Assembly (NCBI GenBank): GCA_002104945.1
Contig: MCFH01000001.1
Span: forward strand, 1,922,001 to 1,986,000
Reading direction: 5' to 3'
From: Piromyces finnis finn
Taxonomy: Eukaryota > Fungi > Neocallimastigomycota
Length of the DNA: 64,000 nt
Positions 9,427 to 22,356 of this stretch are shown piece after piece (the stretch's first letter is position 1; every line of letters starts with the position of its first letter). The translations under genes and the position numbers were made by a program. Under the pieces are notes generated by a model. It did not search any database, was not told where the DNA came from, and worked only from the letters and a program-made list of their open reading frames with translations.

Positions 9427-12400
9427 ATGCCAGTTACATTTGCTCTTCGTTTATCTGATGATGGTTCTCCAAACGGTAGAGAAAAGGTAAAATAATTGAT
9501 GCCTTAAATACTCAATTTTTGTTTATAAATAATATATAAACTCTTCAATATTAATTATATATACGTATATTTAATTTTTTATTAATAGTTTGTAAGATTA
9601 CCACCACCAACCAAAACCACTCCATATACTATTCGTTTTACTTTAACAGCAGGTTGCTCATCGTTACATCATGCCGTTTTAAAGACAAATTACCCAAATG
9701 AAGGGTAAATATATATATTCATTTAATAATATAATTATTAATTGATATTTATAAAAGAAAATCTTTCTAAAATAATGCTAATACTAATAATATATATAAT
9801 ATATATACACTGAATGGTAAAATAATAGAGAAGAATTCGTAAGAGATACTTTTAACTCAAAACCGTAAATTGGATTTACTATTAATTATATTTTTTATAT
9901 CATAATAAATAATCGAAATATAATAGAATTACAAATTTATATATCAATTTGCTTCTTATTATTTTCATTTATAATATTTTGATTTTCATAATAGATTCAT
10001 ATATGATACCGTTTCGGATGGATATTGCGAATTCCCTATTACAAAACCTGGTGTTTATGATTACTATGTAGAATACCAAGATATAAAAAAAAATATTTGC
10101 CGTTCAGCTTTAACTGGAACATTTTTAGTTGATCCAAGATTGTATATCCGTAGTGCATCAGACCCAAACAAAACAGTTATCACTCCATTAGATGGTATTG
10201 TTATTCAAACTGTAATTCCAAAATGGCTTCCTGTTATTACAAAATGGCTTCCATACTTTAAAGTTAGTGCTGATACTGGTTATAATATGGTACATTTCGT
10301 TCCATTACAAAAACGTGGATCTTCCAATTCTCCATATTCTATTTATGACCAATTATCCATTGATGATGATGTTTTCGATATTAAATGCTCAGAACATGTT
10401 AAGAGAAAAATGTTAAAGCAAGTTTTAGAAATTATGAGAACAGATTTAGGAATTCTAAGTGTTACTGATGTTGTTTGGAATCATACAGCTCATAACAGTG
10501 AATGGCTTCAAGAACATCCAGAAGCAGGTAACTTTAATATATAACTTAAATACTGATATTCTAATAATTGATTAATTTCCTAACAAAATATTTTTTAAAT
10601 ATAATTTATAAAATATTAATAATTTTTTTATATTTATAATGATAAATTATAATAAGGTTATAATTTGGTTAATTCTCCACATTTAAGACCAGCATATGAA
10701 TTAGATAAATCACTTATTGATTTTTCAGAAGACATTACTAACGTTTATGGAAAGAGTGATATTATGAAAGATGAACATGATTTAAATGAAATTGTTCAAT
10801 GTTATCAGACTAAGGTATTCCCAAAACTTCGCTTATGGGAATACTTTGTAATGGATACTAAATCTTTGCTTGATCAATTTAGAGAAACCATTGCTAAATC
10901 TACTGTAGATCAAATTAAGAGTATGTATCAAGATGTAAATATTGCTGCAATGCCATTAAAAGATCGTGCTAATTTATTAAAGAATGATGCATTATATTCT
11001 ATTGGAAATGGTGTACGTTTCCCAAAGAAAATAAAAACAGCTATTGCTATTGATTTCATCTACCAATTATGTAAAGCACAAAATATTGATTATAGTAATA
11101 TTAATTTCATGTGCAGAGAATATGAAAAAATCTTAAATGAAATTAATATGGAATTCTATAGAACATATGATGAAGATGTAGCAGTTATTTTCCAAAATAT
11201 AGCCAATCGTGCTAGATATTTACGTTTAGCTGGTCATGGACCAAGACTTGGCCGTATTTGCAGAGAAATGCCACTTGTTGATGTTTGCTTTACTGTTTTA
11301 CCATTAAATGATGTTACTAAGAAGCATCATCCAGATTCCCTTGTTTTAGCTAATAATGGTTGGATTTGGAATGCTGATCCATTATTAGATTTTGCTGGTC
11401 CAAATTCCAGTGCATATTTACGTCGTGAAGTTATTGCATGGGGTGATTGTGTCAAGCTTAGATATGGCCAAAAAAGAGACGATAACCCATGGTTATGGGA
11501 CCATATGGCTGAATACACTAGAACTATGGCAAAATTGTTCCATGGTTTCCGTATTGATAACTGTCACTCTACTCCAATTCATCTTGCCCAATATTTATTA
11601 GATGTAGGTAGAAGAGAAAGACCAGATTTATATGTAATTGCTGAATTATTTACAGGTTCAGAAGAAAAAGATATTCTTTATGTTTCTAAGTTAGGTATTA
11701 ATTCTTTAATTCGTGAAGCTATGAATGCCTGGGATTCCTTTGAATTAAGTAGACTTGCTCACCGTCATGGTGGTCAACCTGCTGGTAATTTTTTTTTTTT
11801 TTTAATAAAAAGAAATAAAAATTAAAAATATAAATTAAAGCAAATTATTTATATTATAATATAAATTTAAAAATTTTATTTTAACTTTTTCTTATTATTT
11901 CAAAAGGTTCATTCAGTATAGATTCTAATTACTTCCCACACGACTTACTTGGTGAAACTGATGCAATTAAAAACAAGGTTGTTATTGATCTTAAGGGTGC
12001 TACACCTCATGCTTTATTCATGGATTGTACACATGATAATGAAACTCCATACCAAAAGCGTACTGCTGAAGATACTTTATCAAATGCTGCTGTTGTTTGT
12101 ATGAGTAATTGTGCTTGTGGTAGTGTTAGAGGCTATGATGAAATTGTTCCAGAATTACTTAATGTTGTTACTGAAAAGAGAAAATATAGAATTCCAGATA
12201 TGGAGGATGGTATTATTCCAGGTAATATAAAAATTAATATTAATTTATTTATTAAAATAATTATAAAATTTATAGTAAAATAACATAGATAAATATTATG
12301 ATAATATTGTTAAAACAAAATTAAAAATAAAACTGTTTTCAATATAAATTATAAATTATATAGCAAAGAGTATTTTACAAAAATTACACACTCAACTTGC

Positions 12401-15400
12401 TCAAGAAGGATACTCTGAAGTTCATGTACATCATGAAACTAACGTATGTATTTTAATGTTACATTTTTATTTTATTTAATATACATTTATTTACTATGAA
12501 TTTAATTATACATATTAACTATTTGATTTAATGTATTTAAATTATTAATACACATAAAATAATGTTTTTTTTTAAAAGTTTATTTCTATTCACAGAAAGC
12601 ATCCAATTAACCATGATGGTTATTTAGCTATAATAAGAACAGCATACCGTGGAGACGGTGATGGAGGTAAATATTTTTTTTAATAGTTAAATTATTAAAG
12701 TTAATTAAAAGATTGTAATAATAATAAAAAAAGGAACAATAATAGTATAGTCAGTCAAAATTGATATGAAAATATAATTGGCTTTAAAAATATCCAAATG
12801 AAATCGATAAAAAAGGAAAAAATAAATAATGAAACAATAAATAATTTAATTTATACAGATAAATCAAATACAGAAAAAATAAATATTAATAGTTGTTTAT
12901 ACATTATTAATTTAAAACAACAAAACATTGAAGCCAAAAAAAGTTTAAAGTTTATATTTTTATAATTAATATAATACATATGAAATTTAAATATTCAAAA
13001 AGACACTTTAAAAAGAAATTTTAATTATTAATTAAAATCAAATAATGTCAAATTAAGGAAATTTATTGTATATGGAAATAATCCATTTTATATATTATAA
13101 TAAATAATTTTAATTTAGTCAATATATATTAATTAATTTGACTATATTAAAAAAATAAAGTTTAAATAATAAACTTAAAACTAAATTAAAATATCAATTT
13201 AAATATTATTTTATTAACTCCGCTAATACAATAGACCATGAACCAATCAATTTACGTCAAACTGCTGTAATGTTAATGGAAAGTGCAAGACTTACTGTAT
13301 ACGCTTCCTATCCAAATCAAGCTAATTTACAACCATTCCCAAATCAAGGAAATTCTTCAGTTCATCAAAATTCTAATCAATTATATTCAAAGATACGTAA
13401 TATTGATCAATCAAAGAATTCAGAACTTATTACAGGTCTTCCAAGTATATTAGAATTCAGTACTAAAGAAACTAAACTTTGTACAATATTAGAAGCTAAA
13501 GATCACGACTCAAATAAGGTTACATTTATTGTAGTTAAGCCGGAAGAATTTAAGAACGGTAGTGTAGTATTATTTAGAACCTGGGTTTTAGGAAACGGTA
13601 TTAATCCAAGACAATCAATGGGTGAATCACCATACAGAAGAACATTCGGAGAACGTGAACAACGTTTATTAGAACTTCGTAAGTTAATGGCAATTGAAGA
13701 AAGAAGTGATGCTGCTTCAATGCTTGTTAGACTTGGTATAGATTTCATGAGTAGTGGTGCAAAATCATGGATTGAAAAAGATATTAAATGGCCACCAGGT
13801 CTTTTAGAAGCAGTTAATGATTTAGATGCAATTGATTTAAATGTTGTGTTATATAGAAGTGGTCCGGAAGAATTTGATACTATTGGTAAGGAGTCTAAAT
13901 AATTAAAATCTTTTAAATTTATTATTTCTATGATTTAAATAAAAAAAATTTATGAAGCAGTTTTTTTTTATTTATTAAATTAGTATAATGAAATATTGTA
14001 ACAACATATGTAAAATGGATGTATAGTTAAAAACAGAAAAACACATATTTAAGAGAAAAGTGGAAAAATTTAATTACATTATTTATATAATCAGTAATCA
14101 CAGTCCAAGTATATTCAAAAATAAACGATAAATAATTAGTTGATATTTAGTATTAAATAGATGCACTATTTTTTTTAATATATATTATTTAACAATATTA
14201 AATAATACAAATATGATCTTATAAGACAATTAAAAAATTTTTTCAGTAGAAATTAACAATAACAATAATAATAACAACAAAACAACAACAATAATAATAA
14301 TATAATTTGATGTTTTTGATAAAATGAAAAAAATTAATTTGTTAATATAAATTAAAAATGATAATTAATGTATTGTATTTTAATTTAAAATAAAAAGGAT
14401 ATGAAATTTATGAAGTTCCAGGTTATGGTGCATTATCATACTGTGGTTTACAAGGTTTCGTATCAGTATTACAACCAATAGCTAGAAATAATGATTTAGG
14501 TCATCCATTATGTGGTAATTTAAGAGAAGGTCCATGGGCTTTAGATTACACTGTTGGTAGATTAGCAAAGTATGTATTAAAATTAATTTAAAATAAATTT
14601 AACATTTGAAAAGTTTATTAAAAATTTGTATTTTTTTTTATTTTACATTATTTTTAATTTTGTAATAAATTAGATATATGGAATATTATCCAAATCTTAA
14701 GAAGATTCACGATTGGTTAAGTGAAAGACTTAACTTAGTTAAGACTTTACCAGCAGATTTAATACCAAAATATTTCGCTATTGTTATGTTCTCTGCATAT
14801 CATGCATGTCGTCATCGTGCTTTATCACTTATGACTAACTTAATTAATAAGGACTTAGCTACTAATCGTATTGATAATAAAAGTGATAACTGTACATCAT
14901 CACTTGAATTATTCACTCATAGTTTAGCTATGGTATCTATTCAACTTTATGGTAGAGTTAAGTCAACTGGTTTATTCCCAAAAGAATACACTTTGAATGT
15001 TCCAGAATCATGTCTTAATGTAAAGGGTAACTTACCAGTTCCATCATTAGCTGCTGGTCTTCCACACTTCTCTACTTGTCACATGCGTTGTTGGGGTAGA
15101 GATATTTTCTTATCTTTAAGAGGTATTTTCATTTTAACTGGTAATTATGATGCTGCTAAAATCCATCTTCTTGCATTCGGTAGTTGTTTAAAGCATGGTT
15201 TAATACCAAACTTATTAGATAGTGGTCGTCGTCCACGTTATAACGCTCGTGATGCTGTATGGTATTATTGTTCAGCTGTTCATCATTATTGTACCGAATC
15301 ACCAGAAGGTTTAGATTTCTTAAAGACTGATGTTTTACGTAGATTTGTTCCACCAAAGAAGTACCGTCGTACCGAAAATGGTAAATGCCCATACACTGAA

Positions 15401-16525
15401 GGTGAAGCTGAAGATAGAGATACTGATGCTTTCATTGAATACACCGATCCAAATTGTTACAAGTACAGATCTTCTATTGCTGAATTATTACATGAAATTT
15501 TAGAACGTCATGCCTGTGGTATTAAATTCCGTGAATGGAATGCTGGTACCAATTTAGATCATGCAATGAAGAGTGAAGGTTTCAACCAAAATATTGAAAC
15601 AGATTTATTCGGTCAAGATGGTAAGGAACCAACCGGTTTTGTTTACGGTGGTAACCGTTGGAATTGTGGTACTTGGATGGATAAAATGGGAGATTCTGAT
15701 CGTGCTGGTACTAAGGGTACTCCATCTACTCCACGTGATGGTTGTGCTATTGAATTAATCGGTATTATAAAGGCTACCCTTAAATGGCTTATTGAAGTTA
15801 ATGAAAATCGTCCAGACTTATACCCATTCACTGAATTTAATGTTAATGGAAAGAAGGTTACATACAAGCAATGGAATGATATGATTCAAAAGAGTTTTGA
15901 AAAGAACTTCTACATTCCAGTTGAAAAACCAGATGATGAACCATTAGAACAAACTAAGAATATTCATAGACGTGGTATTTATAAGGATACTTATAAATCA
16001 TCATTACAATACACTGATTACCAATTCAGACCAAACTTTGCAATTGCTATGGTTGAAGCCCCAGAATTATTCAAACCAGAACATGCTAAACAGTGCTTAA
16101 AGTTAGCAAAGAATATATTAGCAGGTCCTCTTGGTATTAAAACTCTTGATCCAAATGATTGGAATTATCGTGGATATTATGATAATGGTAATGATTCTGA
16201 TGATCCAACTGTTGCACATGGATTCAACTATCACAATGGTCCAGAATGGGTTTGGGTTATGGGTTATTTCCTTAGAGCCTACTTAAAGTTCATGAAAGAT
16301 GATCCAGAAACTATTAATGAAGTTCAAAAGACTATTACTTGTCATAAAGAACATATCTTAGATACTGCTATAAGTCCATTTGCAGGTCTTCCAGAACTTA
16401 CTAATGCTAATGGAAGCGTTTGCCCAGGTAGTTGTCCAACTCAAGCATGGAGTATGGCTACTGTTTTAGAAGCTGTAAATGATTTAGTTTATCTTGTTAA
16501 TGAACGTGGTATATCACCAGTTTAA
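9427..16525 (+). CDS. GDB1: Glycogen debranching enzyme (4-alpha-glucanotransferase / amylo-1,6-glucosidase), about 11 exons
   Basis: GYNMVHFVPLQKRGSSNSPYSIYDQL, DVVWNHTA, GFRIDNCHSTP, AELFTGS, MDCTHDNETP, AGLPHF..RCWGRD, GTWMDKMG, QAWS. GT-AG introns link the ORFs. Confidence 0.97.
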
Positions 16526-17290
16526 GTATTAAATTTTTGTAATTGATAATTTTTTTTTTATATATATTTCCTTTTTCCTCTTTTTTTTTTTTTTAATTAT
16601 AAATATTTTGAAGGATTGAAGGAAAAAAATAATAAAAATAACAACTAAATTTTGATAATTAAATATTAAAAAAAATGAGAAAAGAAATTGTGAAATATTG
16701 AGAGAAAAGAATTATTACATATGAACAAGATACCCGCTAAATGGATATATTTTATTATAAATTTAACTATAAATTTATTTTTAATAATTTTTAATTAGAA
16801 AGCGATAGATCAAATATGTATATTTTATATATTTTATAAAAAAAAAAAAAAAAAAAAAAGTGCTATGTAATTACTCAATAAAATATTAATAATTCTAAAC
16901 CTATTTTATTATATAATATTAATAATTAATAAAAAAAAAGATAATATAAAACAAAACAAAACAAAACAAAAAAAAAACTGAATTATTATAATGATTAAAT
17001 TAATATAGTAAAAATTAATGTGTATTAATTATTGAGTGTACAAAAAGGACTAATTTTTTTTTTAATGGAGGAAGGAGTTTTTAACAATAATAATTTATGT
17101 ATACAAAGGATATTATTATAATTTTTTTAGTATTGGAGAAAATTATTGGAAAAATAGTAGCCTCAATAATGGAAGTAAAGTCTTTAAAAATACAATAATA
17201 AAAGGGAATGGAAAGAACTTTACAAGTATCAAATTATTTTTACTTGTTATTTATTATATCAATATGTATTATCACCTAATATTATGTAAT

Positions 17291-17350
17291 ATTAAATTAA
17301 TAATAAAGTTTAAAATATTTGATGCAGTTAAAAAAAAAAAAAAAAAAAAA
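17291..17350 (+). repeat. Direct repeat copy 1 ending in A21
   Basis: ATTAAATTAATAATAAAGTTTAAAATATTTGATGCAGTT(A)21, nearly identical to 17740-17802. Confidence 0.75.
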
Positions 17351-17640
17351 TCAAATTCAATCGGGAAGTTACGAAGGAATGCCATTCTTGACGGTAATAG
17401 CGGAACTTTTAACCAAAATCATGCCTTTTATTATATTGGTCAGTAATGACCAATGTTTAAAAGGTTTGAAGCAACATCCAAGAGCGTCAATGCTGAAGAA
17501 ACAATAAGAGAGGCCAGCGCAACCAATGTAGATCATAGTATCATAGTTTTGTCCCATAACAAAGTTTTAATATTTGACTTGAAGTCCATTGGAAGTCAAA
17601 TACAATTATTATACTTTAGTATAATAGTAGCTTTCTTACT
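17351..17640. other. Unexplained GC-enriched island with several hairpins (candidate ncRNA or TE relic)
   Basis: Clearly richer in G+C than its flanks, with stops in all frames. Hairpins at 17435-17454 (GTAA loop), 17571-17602 and 17607-17626. Not matched to a known family. Confidence 0.3.
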
Positions 17641-17739
17641 TTAATTAAAATTACTAGAATAACATACCCAATTTTTATTCATTTATGCTTATTTAAACAT
17701 ATTTAATTTTTATTTTTATTTTTAATTTTGTTTTTTATA

Positions 17740-17802
17740 ATTAAATTAATAATAAAGTTTAAAAATATTTGATGTCGTTAAAAAAAAAAAAAAAAAAAAA
17801 AA
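17740..17802 (+). repeat. Direct repeat copy 2 ending in A23
   Basis: ATTAAATTAATAATAAAGTTTAAAAATATTTGATGTCGTT(A)23. Confidence 0.75.
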
Positions 17803-18134
17803 CATTTTTAATGTTCTGTAGACAGGTCCAATTTTAATTTTAAATGTAATATATATATTTCGGCAAAGGTTAATATTTAAATAAGCAAACAAACAAAAGC
17901 AAAAAATAAAAATTAAAAATTATGTTACTAATTAATCTAGTTAATTTATTTTTATATTTTTTATTTTAAATTTTCATTTTAATAAATTATTTATAAGAAA
18001 CTCTTTTATAATTAATACTAATGTTTCTTTATATAATAATACTAAAATACTTATAAAATGATTAATGTTATTATCATTATTACTTTATCTACTTTATTAA
18101 TACAATTATTTTATTATTTATTATTTATTATTAA

Positions 18135-18166
<32 letters not shown>

Positions 18167-18313
18167 GTTTATTATTATTATTATTTTATTTCTTATTTCT
18201 TATTAATTTCCTTTTTTTTTTTTTTTTTTAAAAAAAAAAACTTTTATATAAAAGAATTAAAAAAGAAAAGAAAAATAAAAAGAGGAATAAATAATAATTA
18301 TAATTATAATTAT

Positions 18314-18348
<35 letters not shown>

Positions 18349-18418
18349 TGTATACTATATAATAAAAAGTTTCTAAAATTCTTTTTTTTTATTTTTACTA
18401 AATCTATTAGTATTTGCC

Positions 18419-21351
18419 TTAGTATAAATTAGTTCCCTTATGTTTTAAATATTTTGTTTTATTATTAAAAGTAATTTCAATAACAGATGGATTTTGCATC
18501 CATGGTTCACCATCAACTTGAACAGCCATTTTCTTATGTATTGTTAATTTTAATGATTCTTTAACGACACCTAAAACTGCTGGTGTAATAACACCTGCCA
18601 ATGATATACCAGCATGTAATGCGGAAAAGACACCAACAACTTCTAATTGATGATCATTACATGAATAATCTGGATAATCTTGACTATTAAAAGCATTTTT
18701 AATTAATGGCAATATACCGCTGTCACCATCACCTTCTTTTTGGAAGAATTTTGAACCTCCACCGTAACTATTTATATTCATAATAATAATACCTGAGAGA
18801 TTATTTACGTCAATTTGTTTTCCATCTAATTCAAGTTCGACAACATCATCAAAACTGCTAAAATCATTTGTTTTTATACTACTTTGGATTGATTTCTTAT
18901 CATTAATACTTAAAGAATCTGAATCTACAGTAACAGCATCACTAATTTCTTTATTCTTATATTTTTGTGAAGTGCTATTATTACCCTTGCCTTTCTTTGA
19001 TTTTCTCCTTGATTTTGAATTACTAGCAATTGATATTTTGTCATCGTTATTTCCATTATTTGTAGTATTATCAGAAATAAAGGAATAATTATCTTCACTA
19101 TTTTCAGGATTAAGATTTAATAAAGTGTCACTGTTATTTAATATCTTTTTTGATTCATTTGAATAATTGTCACTATCATTATTCTTATGTCTGAATAGAC
19201 CTACAATATGTCCAGCAGCATTATTATAAATACTCTTAAAGTATTCTACACCACCAAGAGAGAAATACCATATTTTATTAACGACTCTGCTTTTGAATAA
19301 TGATGGGTGTTCTTTTCTTGTAGTGTGGAAGGCGTAGGCAATGTTAGCATCAGAACCAATACTGAAATAATTATTCATGATAATAGTTTTTGGTCCTTGT
19401 TTAAGTTTTAATTTTTGTAAGAAACTCTTATCTGGAATAACTTCAACTTTCCATCTATCCATTTCAATTACTTCAGAATCAAAAGTTAAATCTCTAAATA
19501 ATTTAATTGCATTCTCACCTTCATAACCACCGCCCCAACCTAAAACTCTTGATAAATCATTTCCTGTACCTAATGGAATAACACCAATTGGTGGTACTTC
19601 ATCTCTAGTTAGTAATTTTTCCTTTAAAAACTTATCAAAAATGGAATTCATCCAACTAACTGTACCATCACCACCACAAGCAATAATTCTACAGTTTGAA
19701 TAGCACTTTATAAATGACAAAATAACTTCTTCTGGATTATCATATGTAATATCACAAATTTGCACTGGATTTAGTAATGAATACATTTCTCTTGTTATAT
19801 TTGTGGCACCTTCACCAGATTTTGGATTAATTACACAAATTAATGGTCTTTTAGTAATCAAATCATCACCTTCTAATGCTGATATATTATATTTTGGAAC
19901 AACTTCATCACGTGTCTTCTTTTTTCTATTACATAAAGATATATAATGAGGTGGCATAACAATTTCAGGTATAATACTTAAATAACATTGATTAGAATAT
20001 TTTTCTATACATTTCTTGTGTACACATATTTGACACCTTTATATTTTAATTTTTTTTATTTCCAGATTATTGATTTTATATATTTTTAATATTATATTTA
20101 AAAAAGTGGAAATTTAGTCATTATTTATTAATAAAGATTACTAATTTATAAATAAATTATATATATTACCAGACACAATGATAATCGAAATCAAATGGTC
20201 CATTTGAAATACGCTTATTACATACTTGACAGAAATATGGTGATTGGGTTTTGTATTTGACCCATTGATGATTATATTTTCCTGTTTCACTATCCTTTAA
20301 AATACTTGAGTATGGGTCATATACTTCACCAAAATCGTCATATGAAGAAGGTTCGGCTACTAAGTTCTCTCCTCTCTTATTTATACTATAATAACTAGAA
20401 CCCTTTAATAAAACTGATCTATTAGAAATAGTCTTATCTAATTCAGTTTTATTTACTTCTTCATTTGGATAAACAACAGATTCTTCTCTTTGTGGATGTT
20501 TTAAAACTTCTTTTAATAATTCTTCTTCTTTCTTTGACATTTCTCTAATTAATTTATTTTTATTTTTTGATAGCTTTCTCTCAGCAACTAATGGTGTTTT
20601 TACTATGTTTGTAGCATATTCATTATCTTCAATAATTTTATCAAGTGATGTACTACCTCTTTTTTTAAGGCTATTATCAATATTACTATTATCGACTATA
20701 TTTTCTTTTATTTCTACAATATTTTCATTTCTATTTTGATTATTCTCTATATTTCCAAGTTTTATTTCAGTTTTTGTATTTCTTTTACTTGTTTTTGAAA
20801 TCCAACTACTTCCTATTTACATTATTTTTTTTAATTATATAAGACACAAAAAATTTAATTAAATTTATTTTTAAATGTAATTTTTATTTTTAAAATTTAT
20901 ATTATTCCTAACCTCTTTTTATTAATCCTTTTTGATACCATTTTGCATTACTACTATTACTTATGTATGAATCTACCTTAGGTAAATTTGGGCTAATATA
21001 ACAACCACATTTACAATCTAGAGCATCAACCTCTTTAAGATGATCAAGATGACATGTTCTCTGACAAATACTACAAATAAGACCTTGAACAATAATTATA
21101 TTACAATGATTGCAAAATGTAGCATTATCAGTAAAAGAGTTAAGCTCCCAACGATGTTCTATTTTTTTTGGAATTTTATCTCTTTTAAGTTTCTTCATCC
21201 ATTTTGGGAAACGTTTTTTTGTTATTCGTACATTAAAATAATAAATTAAGTATAAAATAATAGCTATTATTAATGGAAATAATATAAATGATTTTAAAAC
21301 ATGGATAAGAGAATCCTTTGTAAAATATATAGACAATACACTATTATTCAT
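18419..21351 (-). CDS. ATP-dependent diacylglycerol kinase, DGK-epsilon-like (N-terminal TM, two C1 domains, DAGKc + DAGKa)
   Basis: Hydrophobic FILFPLIIAIILYLIYYF; C1 domains HRW..FCNHC..CSICQRTCH and HQW..FCQVC..HCVW|CQICVHKKC; catalytic CGGDGTV, IPLGTGNDL, MNNYFSIG, QVDGEPW. Confidence 0.9.
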
Positions 21352-22077
21352 TTTATCAATAATAATAGTATAACTTTAAAAATTTATTTCGTTTTATTTT
21401 TGATGTTATTATTAATATGTATTATATTATAATAAATTATTATTGTTGTTATTATTATTATTATTATTCAAATCTATTTAATATTTAATATATATAAAAT
21501 TCATAATTTGAATTATTTTTTTTATTTATTTTTTGACTTTTTAATTTTTTAGAAAAAAAAAAAAAAAAAAAAAAAACAATTATTCTACATTGCATAATTA
21601 AATAAAAATGTAATAGTGGATGAATATTTAAATTTATAATTATATATATAATAAATAAATTATTATTATATACTTTTTATTATTGAAAGGAAATAATAAT
21701 TATAATTCGTTAATAAAAATAATATATATAATATATATAATTTGTTAATCTCAATAAAAATATTTTTGTGCTAACAAAAGAATATTCAAAAAGTGAAAAT
21801 TATAAATTATTTGCCTTTTCATTTAATAATAAAGTTTTTGAAACATATATAATATATATTGCATATTAAATTATAAAGTACACTTCTTTTTAATTGATTA
21901 AATAAAGAGAATAATTTTATATTAAACTGTACCAATAGGTAGATTAATAATATATTATTTGTAATTATATAATTAAAATTACACTATTATATACTCCCCC
22001 TATCTTCTCCAAATTGTCTTTAAATATATGCATATTCTAATAATTTAGTAATAAATTAAATTGATTATTGAATTATA

Positions 22078-22099
22078 CATATCACGTGATATGACCAAT
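22078..22099. promoter_or_regulatory. 16-bp perfect palindrome centred on E-box CACGTG, followed by CCAAT
   Basis: CATATCACGTGATATG (22078-22093) then CCAAT (22095-22099), about 730 bp upstream of the DGK start. Confidence 0.4.
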
Positions 22100-22356
22100 A
22101 AAGGAAGAAAAAAATGTACATTTAAAAAAAAAGAATTCTTTTTTTACTTTATATATTTAATATTGAATTTGAATTATAATAGAATAATATTAATGTTTTT
22201 TTTTTTTTTTTTTTAATAATATCTTTTATGATTTTAAATTATTTTCTAACACTTTGTATGTATTATTTAAATTTTATTATTATAATTCATATATTGTATA
22301 AAATTACTATTTAATATATTTTTTATTATTATTTATAATATTGATAGTAAAATGTC

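Noticed and set aside
11327-15867. Short overlapping ORFs inside GDB1 (and similar ones within the channel genes and PRMT3)
   Set aside because: Frame shadows of well-supported exons.
17420-17525. U5 loop-like TGCCTTTTAT, SRP-like AGG..AGCA, and U4atac-like GGTTGCGCT (minus strand)
   Set aside because: Each is a short partial match lacking the required flanking stem or spacing, so no family was assigned.
17264-17644. Four 60-63-aa ORFs over the island as a protein-coding gene
   Set aside because: They overlap each other on both strands, two run through a homopolymer, stops occur in every frame, and no motif is recognisable.
21994-22010. Minus-strand GGAGAAGATAGGGGGAG resembling the copia PPT
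   Set aside because: Followed by TA rather than TG, with no LTR similarity or RNase H remnant visible next to it.
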